64,000 bases of DNA from Pseudomonadota bacterium (GCA_022572185.1 JACZWL010000001.1:28387-92386); one strand, 5' to 3'. Positions 53,727 through 61,727 are shown, counted from the stretch's first letter. Made by a program: numbers and translations. Notes: a model not told the origin generated them from the sequence alone.

Positions 53727-53831
53727 GAATAACGGTTCGGGCATTCTCACCACGCCATGACCAGCCTTTCTACGGATATGGCCCGGCGCGCTATGCGACT
53801 GCCAAGGGAGTCATGCAGCGGTAAATTCTCT
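53727..53831 (-). repeat. attC-like site G (degenerate)
   Basis: GAATAACGGTTCGGGC ... CATGCAGCGGTAAATTC. The arms resemble the other copies, but the R boxes are mutated. Confidence 0.35.
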
Positions 53832-53842
53832 GCCGCCGTCTC

Positions 53843-54106
53843 TTAGACGTCGCGTTCGGATAGCCGGGACTTGATTTCGCGGTGAGATAACCCGCTGATT
53901 TTAATTACCTTTCTGGGAGAGGAAGCTCCCACGGACACGGTGACGTCTTGCTTCGGGATGCGCAATGTCTCCGCTAGCAAAGAGACAACCGCGTCGTTGG
54001 CTTTTCCTTTTTCTGGATTTGCCGTTACACGAATTTTCAAAGATTCGCCCAACCACCCGGCTATATGATTTCTGGAAGAACCAGGTACTACCTTGATCTT
54101 TAGCAA
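53843..54106 (-). CDS. DUF167 (YggU-like) protein, cassette-borne
   Basis: 87 aa with a DUF167-like sequence (KVVPGSSRN...GKANDAVVSLLAE). TTG start. Confidence 0.6.
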   Translation of the reverse strand: MLKIKVVPGSSRNHIAGWLGESLKIRVTANPEKGKANDAVVSLLAETLRIPKQDVTVSVGASSPRKVIKISGLSHREIKSRLSERDV

Positions 54107-54134
54107 CGAGATGACGCTGACCCCGGAGATAGGC

Positions 54135-54231
54135 GTCTAACGGTCTCGCTTATGAGCGCCAGTGTCTGGTGAGATGGTTGGAAAAGCAAGCTACGTGACA
54201 TACATGCAGCCAGCGCAGCAATTTGCCATGC
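54135..54231 (-). repeat. attC-like site A
   Basis: GTCTAACGGTCTCGC ... GCCAGCGCAGCAATTTGCCATGC. The left box fits RYYYAAC; the right box is degenerate. Confidence 0.5.
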
Positions 54232-54239
54232 CCACGGTA

Positions 54240-54707
54240 TCATCGGTCGATGATTTCAAAATGCGGATTAAAAATTAGTCCGATCAGATTGCCATAAGGA
54301 TCCAGTACACTTGCAACCTTGATATCACCACCAACATTTTCGACTGGTTTATGTGGCTTCGCACCAATTTTCAGCAATCGGTCCAGCTCCTCGTCTATGT
54401 CGTCGACGCCCCAATAAACCCTGACCCCTGACCCTACCGGCCGGGCCACAGTTCCCTTCGGGTTGAGAGCTAGCTCATAACCACCTACGTTGAAACCGAC
54501 ATAGTATGGTTCATCGACATACGGCTTTACCCCCAGCGCCTCGGTATACCAGTCTTTGGCACGCTCTAGGTCCGGCACTCCGTAAACAACAGTTCTAAGT
54601 CCTTGCAGTCTCGACTCTCCAGTTTGTTCGCCGGAATGAGAGCAAGCGATCATAGCGGTCAAACTGATCGCAAAAACTGCCCCCATACTTGCCAACCTAT
54701 TGTCCAT
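54240..54707 (-). CDS. VOC-family lipoprotein, cassette-borne
   Basis: 155 aa. Signal peptide with a lipobox (MIAC), then a VOC domain. GAGGAG SD (Shine-Dalgarno) sequence upstream. Confidence 0.7.
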   Translation of the reverse strand: MDNRLASMGAVFAISLTAMIACSHSGEQTGESRLQGLRTVVYGVPDLERAKDWYTEALGVKPYVDEPYYVGFNVGGYELALNPKGTVARPVGSGVRVYWGVDDIDEELDRLLKIGAKPHKPVENVGGDIKVASVLDPYGNLIGLIFNPHFEIIDR

Positions 54708-54724
54708 GAAACTCTCCTCTCGCT

Positions 54725-54828
54725 GCCTAACGGTTCAGCGATTAACAATGCAGCGTTTGACGCGTCTATTGCCATCCTTGCAAGAGACATGACAGCCGCC
54801 AATTGGCCAGTGCAGCGGTTTGTTAGGT
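54725..54828 (-). repeat. attC-like site B
   Basis: GCCTAAC ... GTGCAGCGGTTTGTTAGGT. The ends fit RYYYAAC / GTTRRRY. Confidence 0.65.
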
Positions 54829-54835
54829 GACTCAT

Positions 54836-55171
54836 TCATTCCTTGTTCGGATCGTCCATATAATCTTCTAAACCAAACGGATACACGCAACGACCCTTGC
54901 GACAACCCGCACCTCCTGCGAAGAGGTTCGGATCTGAACAGACAGCACGTTCTCCTTCGCGCGTCACTTCCTGCCGCGACCAATCCTGGTATACAAGCGT
55001 GTACTTTGAGTTGACAGCGACGGTCTTGCAGAAAGCATCATAGACCACGACACACTCGAATCGAGCCTCACAGGTGAACCAGGACTCTGAAAATTCAATA
55101 TCCGTCTCGTAAGGAGGTGGCTGTGAACAGCCAACTGCCAAGAAGACGCACAGTTTCGCGACAAATCGCAT
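54836..55171 (-). CDS. Cys-rich lipoprotein, unknown family, cassette-borne
   Basis: 111 aa from the ATG at 55171 (MRFVAKLCVFLAVGC lipobox), with a GAGG SD 4 nt upstream. The 204-aa track ORF runs through attC C into the next cassette. Confidence 0.55.
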   Translation of the reverse strand: MRFVAKLCVFLAVGCSQPPPYETDIEFSESWFTCEARFECVVVYDAFCKTVAVNSKYTLVYQDWSRQEVTREGERAVCSDPNLFAGGAGCRKGRCVYPFGLEDYMDDPNKE

Positions 55172-55184
55172 AGCCTCAGGACTC

Positions 55185-55286
55185 ACCTGACGATTTAGCT
55201 CACGGGCAACTAAGCGTAAGGCACGCTTGTTGCCACTGCAAGAAGCGTGACTGAAGCCAGTTGGCAGGTGCAGCGATTTGTCAGGC
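55185..55286 (-). repeat. attC-like site C
   Basis: ACCTGACGATTTAGCTCAC ... GTGCAGCGATTTGTCAGGC. The stop codon of the GFA gene lies in the right box. Confidence 0.65.
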
Positions 55287-55778
55287 GTCCTGATCCTCCA
55301 AACCGAGACGTTTGTGCCATTCCGCGATGGATTCGTCCGGATAGCCATCAAATATCGTATCGTTTCCCCCTTGTCGAAGCTCAACCCACGAAGCCTTCGA
55401 GCCGACCATGAGATGGGTGTGCTCAGGAGGCACAGGCAAATCCGTATCAATGGCTGAAGCGAAAGGATGAATTAGCTCTGGCCATCGCGGATCCCAAGCC
55501 CATAGTGCGCTGCCACAAATTCGGCAAAAATGCCGCCGCGCCGGGCTTTCCCTCGTCGTCTCAAATTTCTGGTCTCGTACCTTGGCTCGGTACACCGTAA
55601 TGTTCTCTTTGCCTTGAACCTGTAGCGTCGAATTTTCCGCCCCCAAGTTGATTGCATAACCACCGCCACCAGCTGTCTTCCGGCAGATGGAGCAATAGCA
55701 AAAGTTGAATGGGTATGGATGCGCTGAATGAAGGGTAAAACGCACTCCGCCACAATGACACGATCCCTCAAGGTTCAT
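55281..55778 (-). CDS. GFA-family (glutathione-dependent formaldehyde-activating-like) protein, cassette-borne
   Basis: 165 aa with CHCGGVRF and CxCxxCRK zinc-site motifs. Confidence 0.8.
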   Translation of the reverse strand: MNLEGSCHCGGVRFTLHSAHPYPFNFCYCSICRKTAGGGGYAINLGAENSTLQVQGKENITVYRAKVRDQKFETTRESPARRHFCRICGSALWAWDPRWPELIHPFASAIDTDLPVPPEHTHLMVGSKASWVELRQGGNDTIFDGYPDESIAEWHKRLGLEDQDA

Positions 55779-55800
55779 CTTCGTTCTCAGCCCCAGGGAC

Positions 55801-55920
55801 GCCTAACGGTTTAGCTCACTGGCGCCACGTAACTGGCGCACTTCGTGAGGAACCGCGATCATAACAGTGCACGAAGTGTGACGGGAACCGGCCGGCGGCC
55901 AGTGCAGCGATTTGTTGGGC
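55801..55920 (-). repeat. attC-like site D
   Basis: GCCTAACGGTTTAGCTCACTGGCGCC ... GGCGGCCAGTGCAGCGATTTGTTGGGC. Best match to RYYYAAC / GTTRRRY, with two extra bases on the ORF-proximal arm. Confidence 0.7.
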
Positions 55921-55923
55921 GAC

Positions 55924-56223
55924 TCATGCCGCACTTTTTTGGAAATCGAGCTCAATCTTGAGGCGTCCACCAAGAGCTTGAACCGCACTTTGCAATGTTT
56001 GCAAAGTCACTGATGAGTTATCGGGATCCAGAAGTCTATCCAAGGCAGAGCGGCTCGTTTCCATCCGTCGAGCCATTTCGGCTTTGCTTAGATTCGTTTC
56101 TGACATTTTCTCAGCAAGCTGAAATGCAATAAAACGCTTTACAGCTACAGCCGTCGCCTCTTCAAGAAGACCTTCCTCTACAAGAAACTCGTCAAAGTCA
56201 CTACCAATATTTCTCTTAGCCAT
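55924..56223 (-). CDS. XRE-type HTH antitoxin
   Basis: 99 aa with an HTH segment (LSKAEMARRMETSRSALDRLL). Immediately follows the toxin gene. Confidence 0.75.
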   Translation of the reverse strand: MAKRNIGSDFDEFLVEEGLLEEATAVAVKRFIAFQLAEKMSETNLSKAEMARRMETSRSALDRLLDPDNSSVTLQTLQSAVQALGGRLKIELDFQKSAA

Positions 56224-56225
56224 AA

Positions 56226-56570
56226 TTACAATCTCAACTTCGTCAATCTTCGTTTCGCAGTCGCCAATTCATTTGATGGGGTTTTCTGAGATTTCTTAAT
56301 AAATCCGTGCAACAGAACGATCTTCCTTTTGAATATAGTAAAGAAAGTCCGAGCAATCCCAGACGACACATGAGAACGTATCTCCCAAAGACCGTCATCT
56401 ACCTTCCTGGCAAGCGGCATTCCCACCGGCCAACCAAACTGCAACGTCATAATGTCCTCGCCAACGGATTTGCGATTCGTCCGATTCATGTCTTTCAGCC
56501 ATTCCCTCACAGGCTCACGCCCAGAATCCAGTCGAAAGAAAACTACGGGAATCGGCCTATCCACTGGCAT
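56226..56570 (-). CDS. RelE/HigB-superfamily toxin (Gp49-like)
   Basis: 114 aa with the VREWLKDM...GLWEIR...RTFFTIFKRKIVLLHGFIKKSQKTP pattern of Gp49/HigB-like toxins. Confidence 0.75.
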   Translation of the reverse strand: MPVDRPIPVVFFRLDSGREPVREWLKDMNRTNRKSVGEDIMTLQFGWPVGMPLARKVDDGLWEIRSHVSSGIARTFFTIFKRKIVLLHGFIKKSQKTPSNELATAKRRLTKLRL

Positions 56571-56578
56571 CAGGTTAG

Positions 56579-56596
56579 TGTACCATTATTGGTACA
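56579..56596. promoter_or_regulatory. Inverted repeat TGTACC-ATTATT-GGTACA upstream of the toxin gene (likely TA operator)
   Basis: Perfect 6-bp arms, 9 nt upstream of the toxin ATG. Confidence 0.45.
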
Positions 56597-56629
56597 TATG
56601 TCAATGTCTAGGAAACGGCTTGGAGAGTC

Positions 56630-56732
56630 GTCTAACGATTTAGCTCACCGGCGCCCAGTATCTGGCGCGTGGGTTGCCACTGCAAGCCGCATGACAGATA
56701 CGTCCGGCGGCCAGCGCAGCGATTTGTCAGGC
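56630..56732 (-). repeat. attC-like site E
   Basis: GTCTAACGATTTAGCTCACCGGCGCC ... GGCGGCCAGCGCAGCGATTTGTCAGGC. The higA stop codon lies inside the right box. Confidence 0.7.
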
Positions 56733-57020
56733 AGCGCATAGTTTTTTTACGCGAAGCTTCTTTTTCGCTCTTTTTGCAGTCCAGAGATCATACTGAGTCT
56801 GCTGATTGAGCCAGCTCTCCGGTGTAGTATCGAAGGCCATAGAAAGACGTAAAGCCATTTCCGGGCTAATTCCAGCGTGACCATTCAGAATTGCCGATAA
56901 AGTCTTCCTGCTAACTCCGAGACCTTCGGCAGCCTCAGTAACACTCAATTCCAGCGGCTCAAGACAGAGCTCCCGAATAATCTCACCGGGATGAGGGGGA
57001 TTGTGCATTTGCATAGTCAT
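56727..57020 (-). CDS. higA: HigA-family antitoxin
   Basis: 97 aa. HPGEIIRE...[14 protein letters not shown]...SPEMALRL is classical for HigA/VapI. Confidence 0.8.
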   Translation of the reverse strand: MTMQMHNPPHPGEIIRELCLEPLELSVTEAAEGLGVSRKTLSAILNGHAGISPEMALRLSMAFDTTPESWLNQQTQYDLWTAKRAKKKLRVKKLCAA

Positions 57021-57022
57021 GA

Positions 57023-57301
57023 TTAGTGGTAATCCTCGTAATTCACTTCAATCGCATCAGGCCCAGCAAATCTGAACGTTACTCGCCAGTTTCCGCTAAC
57101 GCGCACGGATCAAACACCGTGACTCGTCCCTTTGAGTTGGTGAAGGTACAAACCGGGAAGGCCCATGTCCTTCGGCGAAACAGATGCATGAAGCCTAAAT
57201 AATATGAGCCTCAGTTTCGACGAGTGTACCGCCTGGATTCCAGCCTTCGTACCACGCAGAAAGAAGCGTTCCAGTCCCTTGTGTTTGAAGTTTCGAATCA
57301 C
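57023..57301 (-). pseudogene. higB: HigB toxin gene with an in-frame TGA at the conserved Trp codon
   Basis: GTG start. 63 codons (MIRNFKHKGLERFF...LKGTSHGV), then TGA at 57110-57112, then 28 in-frame codons (SVRVSGNWRVTFRF...NYEDYH*). The total of 92 codons is the normal HigB length. Confidence 0.7.
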
Positions 57302-57310
57302 AACGATAAA

Positions 57311-57331
57311 GTGTAACGTGTTACGTTACAC
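57311..57331. promoter_or_regulatory. Inverted repeat GTGTAACG-TGTTA-CGTTACAC upstream of higB (likely HigA operator)
   Basis: Perfect 8-bp arms, 10 nt upstream of the higB start. Confidence 0.45.
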
Positions 57332-57350
57332 GTGTTAAGTTCGAAGCGCC

Positions 57351-57431
57351 ACCTAGCGGTTTAGCTCACTGGCAACTGAGCGTATGGCGCGCTTGTTGCC
57401 AATGCAAGAAGCGTGACTGAAGCCAGGTGGC
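57351..57431 (-). repeat. attC-like site F (truncated; R''/L'' arm missing)
   Basis: ACCTAGCGGTTTAGCTCACTGGCAAC... is close to site C through ...GACTGAAGCCAGGTGGC. It then diverges 14 nt before the trpS stop. Confidence 0.5.
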
Positions 57432-57444
57432 GAGTCATGGGTCT

Positions 57445-58455
57445 CTAACCGAGCTTTCTGATGCCAACCGCATATCTGATCTCGTCCAGATACGGCACGG
57501 AGATCTCACGCGCTTTCTCGGCGCCTTTTAACAATTTCTTTTCGACGATAGCGGGGTCGTCGACCAAGCGCTGGTACTCGTCCCGGGCCGGCTTGATGTG
57601 CTCATTGATGTATTCGAAAAGGACCTGCTTCATCTCGCCCCAGGCAATGCCTTCGGCGTATCTCTTCTCGATGTTCTTGACTTCTTCTTCAGTGGCGAAT
57701 GCTTTGTACATGTCATAGAGCGTCGAGCCTGCGGTGTCTTTGGGTTCACCCGGCTCGAGGCTGTTGGTCTTGATCTTCATGATGAGCTTGCGTAGCGACT
57801 TCTCGTCAGCGAAAAGCGGAATGATGTTGTTGTAGCTCTTGCTCATTTTACGGCCATCGAGGCCGGCCAGCACCGCGGTGCTGTCGCTGATGGCGGCTTC
57901 CGGGATGGTGAAAATATCACCGTAACGGTGGTTGAAGCGTTGCGCGATGTCGCGCGTCATTTCCACGTGTTGTTTCTGGTCACGGCCAACCGGTACCTTC
58001 GTACTCTTGAACATCAGGATGTCGGCTGCCATCAGAATTGGGTAGCAGTAAAGCGCCATCATGATGCCCTTGTCCGGATCCCTGTTGCCGCTTTCCTCGT
58101 TGGCCTGCACGACTGCTTTGTACGAGTGCGCGCGGTTCATGAGACCTTTGGCTGTCACGCTGCTCAGAATCCAGGTCAGGTGCGGAATCTCTTCGATGTC
58201 GGATTGCCGGTAGAAAACTGCATTTTCTGTATCCAGGCCGAGCGCCAGCCAGGCCGCAGCAATCTCGAGTGTGGAACGATTGATGCGTTCGGGGTCTTCG
58301 GCCTTGGCGAGTGCATGATAGTCAGCCAGAAAGTAAAAATTCTTTTTTGACTTGTCCTTGCTCGCAGCGATGCCTGGGCGGATTGCTCCGACATAGTTGC
58401 CGATGTGCGGTGTGCCGGTCGTAGTAATGCCGGTGAGATAGATGTCCTGGCTCAT
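57445..58455 (-). CDS. trpS: Tryptophan--tRNA ligase
   Basis: 336 aa with the HIGH-type motif TPHIGNYVG and a KMSKS motif. Confidence 0.95.
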   Translation of the reverse strand: MSQDIYLTGITTTGTPHIGNYVGAIRPGIAASKDKSKKNFYFLADYHALAKAEDPERINRSTLEIAAAWLALGLDTENAVFYRQSDIEEIPHLTWILSSVTAKGLMNRAHSYKAVVQANEESGNRDPDKGIMMALYCYPILMAADILMFKSTKVPVGRDQKQHVEMTRDIAQRFNHRYGDIFTIPEAAISDSTAVLAGLDGRKMSKSYNNIIPLFADEKSLRKLIMKIKTNSLEPGEPKDTAGSTLYDMYKAFATEEEVKNIEKRYAEGIAWGEMKQVLFEYINEHIKPARDEYQRLVDDPAIVEKKLLKGAEKAREISVPYLDEIRYAVGIRKLG

Positions 58456-58473
58456 AAAGCTGTTCGCGTATCC

Positions 58474-60186
58474 TTAGTATCCGGCCGCATGGCCATCCTT
58501 GCGAGACTCGGATGCGCCGTAGTAAACACCCTGCTCTTCGTCCCACATGATTGCCTGGTAGCCGCCGAAGCTGCCATCGGATTCTCCCAGTGTGTGCCCC
58601 ATCTTCTCGAGGGCAGCACGGGTTGCATCACTGAATCCTGTTTCAAGATGTATGACGCCGCCGGTCGTCATGATCGTGTCAGTCGGCTCCGACGACCCGC
58701 TGTGATTGAGGCGCGCAGCATCACCTGCCTCCTGAAGATTCATGCCAAAATCGATTATGTTGACAATTATCTGGGCATGGCCCTGCGGTTGCATGGCGCC
58801 ACCCATCAGGCCAAAACTGATCCAGGGCTTGCCGTCTTTCATGATGAATGCCGGAATGATGGTGTGGAACGGCCGCTTTCCTGGTTCGATAACATTGGCA
58901 TGGCCCTCGGTCAGGCTGAACAACTCCCCGCGGTCCTGCAGAACAAATCCAAGGTCACCTGGGGTCATACCCGAGCCCATACCGCGATAGTTGCTTTGTA
59001 TCAGTGACACCATATTGCCATCGCTGTCCGCCACCGTCAGATAGATCGTATCGCCATCTTCCAGTTGTCCATCTCCGGCAGGATAGCTCATGGCTGCTTT
59101 ATTGGTGTCGATCAGCTTGCGTCGTTCGTTCGCATATTCCTTTGAGACGAGTTTGTCGACGGGAACATCTACGAAATCCATGTCCGCATAAAATTTTGCC
59201 CGGTCTTCGAATGCCAGTTTCTTTGCCTCGACAAATGTATGAATGTACTCGGCTGTGCCAAACCCCATACTCTTGATGTCGAAACCTTCGAGAATATTCA
59301 GTATCTGCAGCGCCGCGATTCCCTGCCCGTTCGGTGGCAATTCGTATATGTCATAGCCACGGTAGTTCGTCGATACCGGCCTGACCCACTCCGATTTGTG
59401 TTCGGCCAAATCTTCGTATCGAAGGAAACCCCCTTGCTCGGTCATGTAGGAATCGATTTTTCTCGCGATCTCGCCCTTGTAAAAGGCATCGCGGCCATCA
59501 TCGGCTATTAGCTGATAGGTTTTTGCCAGTCGTGGGTTCCTGAAGACCTGGCCTTTCCTCGGCGCTTTGCCGCCGGGCATGAAGGTGTCGGCGAAGCCAG
59601 GATAGTCTTTGAGGTTCTCCGCGTTTATCGCCCACCCGTAAGCGATGTACTCGGATACTGGAAATCCATCAGTCGCATATGCGATTGCTGGTGCCAGCAA
59701 CTCATTCATTGGCAAGCGTCCGTATCTGGCATGCAGTTCGAACCATCCGTCCACGGCGCCCGGCACACTCACGGGCAACGGGCCTCGCGGCGGAATACTG
59801 TCGAGACCCAGGTCTTTGAAGGTCTGCAGACTGAGCGCTTTCGGGGCGCGGCCTGAGCCGTTGAGTCCGGTCAATTCTTCCTTTTCGGCGTCCCAGACGA
59901 TAGCGAACAGGTCGCCTCCGATGCCGGATCCTGTCGGCTCCATCAGGCCGAGCGCTGCGTTGGCCGCGATGGCCGCGTCAGCGGCGCTGCCGCCGGCTTT
60001 CAGGATATCCAGCGCAATCTGAGTGGCCAGCGGCTGACTCGTCGCAGCCATGCCGTGCGGGGCAATGATCTCCGATCGGGAGGCAAACGGCTTGCCTGAT
60101 ACGCGATCGAAGCCTGGTGCCGCAGCGGACATATTAGCCATGGCCGCCATCGCCAATATCAATACTCGCAATCGTCTGTAGTTCAT
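58474..60186 (-). CDS. ggt: Gamma-glutamyltranspeptidase
   Basis: GGT-family sequence with a signal peptide. Start at the ATG at 60186 (MNYRRLRVLILAM), which has a GGAGA SD; the track ORF starts at 60216. Confidence 0.9.
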   Translation of the reverse strand: MNYRRLRVLILAMAAMANMSAAAPGFDRVSGKPFASRSEIIAPHGMAATSQPLATQIALDILKAGGSAADAAIAANAALGLMEPTGSGIGGDLFAIVWDAEKEELTGLNGSGRAPKALSLQTFKDLGLDSIPPRGPLPVSVPGAVDGWFELHARYGRLPMNELLAPAIAYATDGFPVSEYIAYGWAINAENLKDYPGFADTFMPGGKAPRKGQVFRNPRLAKTYQLIADDGRDAFYKGEIARKIDSYMTEQGGFLRYEDLAEHKSEWVRPVSTNYRGYDIYELPPNGQGIAALQILNILEGFDIKSMGFGTAEYIHTFVEAKKLAFEDRAKFYADMDFVDVPVDKLVSKEYANERRKLIDTNKAAMSYPAGDGQLEDGDTIYLTVADSDGNMVSLIQSNYRGMGSGMTPGDLGFVLQDRGELFSLTEGHANVIEPGKRPFHTIIPAFIMKDGKPWISFGLMGGAMQPQGHAQIIVNIIDFGMNLQEAGDAARLNHSGSSEPTDTIMTTGGVIHLETGFSDATRAALEKMGHTLGESDGSFGGYQAIMWDEEQGVYYGASESRKDGHAAGY

Positions 60187-60331
60187 GCATGTCTCCGGGC
60201 CACCCTGGAAAACCACGAATGATGCCTAGATTGGGAGGGGATTGAAACTCTATGTGAGCCTGACCTGAAAGGGAACCGGGTCATAGCGCCGGGGTCGCTG
60301 CGGCCTCCCGCTCCGGTTATGATGCGAATCC

Positions 60332-61666
60332 ATGAGCAGCAACTATGCAGAGCCGGGCCAGCTCTACCCGGCGCATATCGAGGCGATCAAAGCACGGCAC
60401 GACCGCGCGCTCGAAAAAGCGGGAGCAGGCCACGCTGTCATATTTTCCGGTGCGCCAAAGCTCGTTTTTCTGGATGACTACTACTATCCGTTCAAAGCGA
60501 ATCCGCACTTCGTGGGTTGGCTGCCGCTGACCGCGACACCATTCTGCTACCTGATTCATACGCCGGGTGATGTGCCGGTACTTGTCTATTATCAGGAGAA
60601 GGATTACTGGCACACGCCGCCCGCCGACCCGCAGGGCTACTGGATCGATCATTTCGATATTAGAGTCGTGCACACGGTTGATGACATCGCCCGGCACCTG
60701 CCCCACGCTCGCGACAAATGCATCCTTATTGGCGACATTGGCGATGAAGCGCATGCGTTCAGTATCGAGCGTGTCAACCCGGCTTCGGCGATCAATATTC
60801 TCCATTATGCGCGGAGCGAGAAAACCGGCTACGAACTTGCTTGCATGCGTGCTGCCTCCCGGCGCGCCGTGAGGGGTCACCGGGCGGCCGAGGAGGCGTT
60901 TCGTGCACGCAAGGCGGAATACGAGATTCACTTCGCCTACTGCCGGGCGGCAAAACACACGGAAAACGAACTACCGTACGGCAACATCATTGCGCTGAAC
61001 GAGAACAGCGCAATCATGCACTACCAGCACCGGGCCCGGGAGGCCCCTGCCAAAATCCGATCATTTCTGATTGATGCCGGCGCAAACGTGCACGGCTACG
61101 CGTCCGACATCACACGGAGCTACTCTTTCGAAGACAGCGAATTCCGCGAATTCATCGATCGCCTGGACGCATTGCAGCTTGAGCTGGTGAGTGAAGTCAA
61201 AGCCGGTGTCGACTTCAAAGACCTGCATTTCCTGACACATCGTAAAATTGCCGATTTGTTGGTGACTGTAGGCCTGGCATCCGGAAGTGTTGAATCTCTT
61301 ATCGAAAACGGTGTCACCACGGCGTTTTTCCCGACAGGCCTGGGCCATCTTCTCGGCATACAGGTACATGACGTCGGCGGATTTATGCAGGACGAGAGCG
61401 GCAATACAATCGACAGACCAAGCGGCCATCGCTGGCTGCGGCTGACAAGAACGCTCGAGGTGGACCAGGTGCTGACAATCGAGCCCGGTTGCTATGTTAT
61501 CGACATGCTCCTCGAGAACCTGCAAGGAACGCCCGGCGCTGCTATGGTCAACCGGGACAAGGTCGACTGGCTGAGGCCGTTTGGCGGTGCCCGCATCGAA
61601 GACAACGTGCGTGTTCTCGCGGACGGCTGCGAGAATTTCACACGCGCGGCGTTTGCCGAACCGTAG
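60332..61666 (+). CDS. pepQ: Xaa-Pro dipeptidase
   Basis: 444 aa, M24B family. Length and sequence resemble E. coli PepQ. Confidence 0.85.
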   Translation: MSSNYAEPGQLYPAHIEAIKARHDRALEKAGAGHAVIFSGAPKLVFLDDYYYPFKANPHFVGWLPLTATPFCYLIHTPGDVPVLVYYQEKDYWHTPPADPQGYWIDHFDIRVVHTVDDIARHLPHARDKCILIGDIGDEAHAFSIERVNPASAINILHYARSEKTGYELACMRAASRRAVRGHRAAEEAFRARKAEYEIHFAYCRAAKHTENELPYGNIIALNENSAIMHYQHRAREAPAKIRSFLIDAGANVHGYASDITRSYSFEDSEFREFIDRLDALQLELVSEVKAGVDFKDLHFLTHRKIADLLVTVGLASGSVESLIENGVTTAFFPTGLGHLLGIQVHDVGGFMQDESGNTIDRPSGHRWLRLTRTLEVDQVLTIEPGCYVIDMLLENLQGTPGAAMVNRDKVDWLRPFGGARIEDNVRVLADGCENFTRAAFAEP

Positions 61667-61727
61667 ATTTTCTGCGTCGCAAGTATCGCCCGTCCTGGTG
61701 GCGAATCCCATGCAAAGGTTTACGTCG

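Larger units (their letters stand above)
53727..57431 (-). mobile_element. Integron-type gene-cassette array with no integrase in the window (CALIN-like)
   Basis: Seven attC-like imperfect palindromes separate six minus-strand cassettes. ORF stops sit in or next to the R'' boxes, and the next ORF starts 13-59 nt after each site. Confidence 0.7.

Noticed and set aside
54836-55450. 204-aa ORF spanning two cassettes
   Set aside because: It reads through attC site C and into the GFA cassette. An internal ATG at 55171 with an SD and a lipobox gives a sensible cassette-sized product.
54735-55988. Recurrent peptide ...NK(S/P)LHWP... in several short track ORFs (54735-54983, 55803-55988, and part of 54836-55450)
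   Set aside because: This is an artefact of translating the conserved attC arm (CCAGTGCAGCGATTTGT). It was useful as a pointer to the repeat, but it is not coding.
53727-57431. The repeat array as a CRISPR
   Set aside because: The repeats are about 100 bp and imperfectly palindromic with variable centres. The spacers between them are whole genes of very different lengths. This does not fit a CRISPR.
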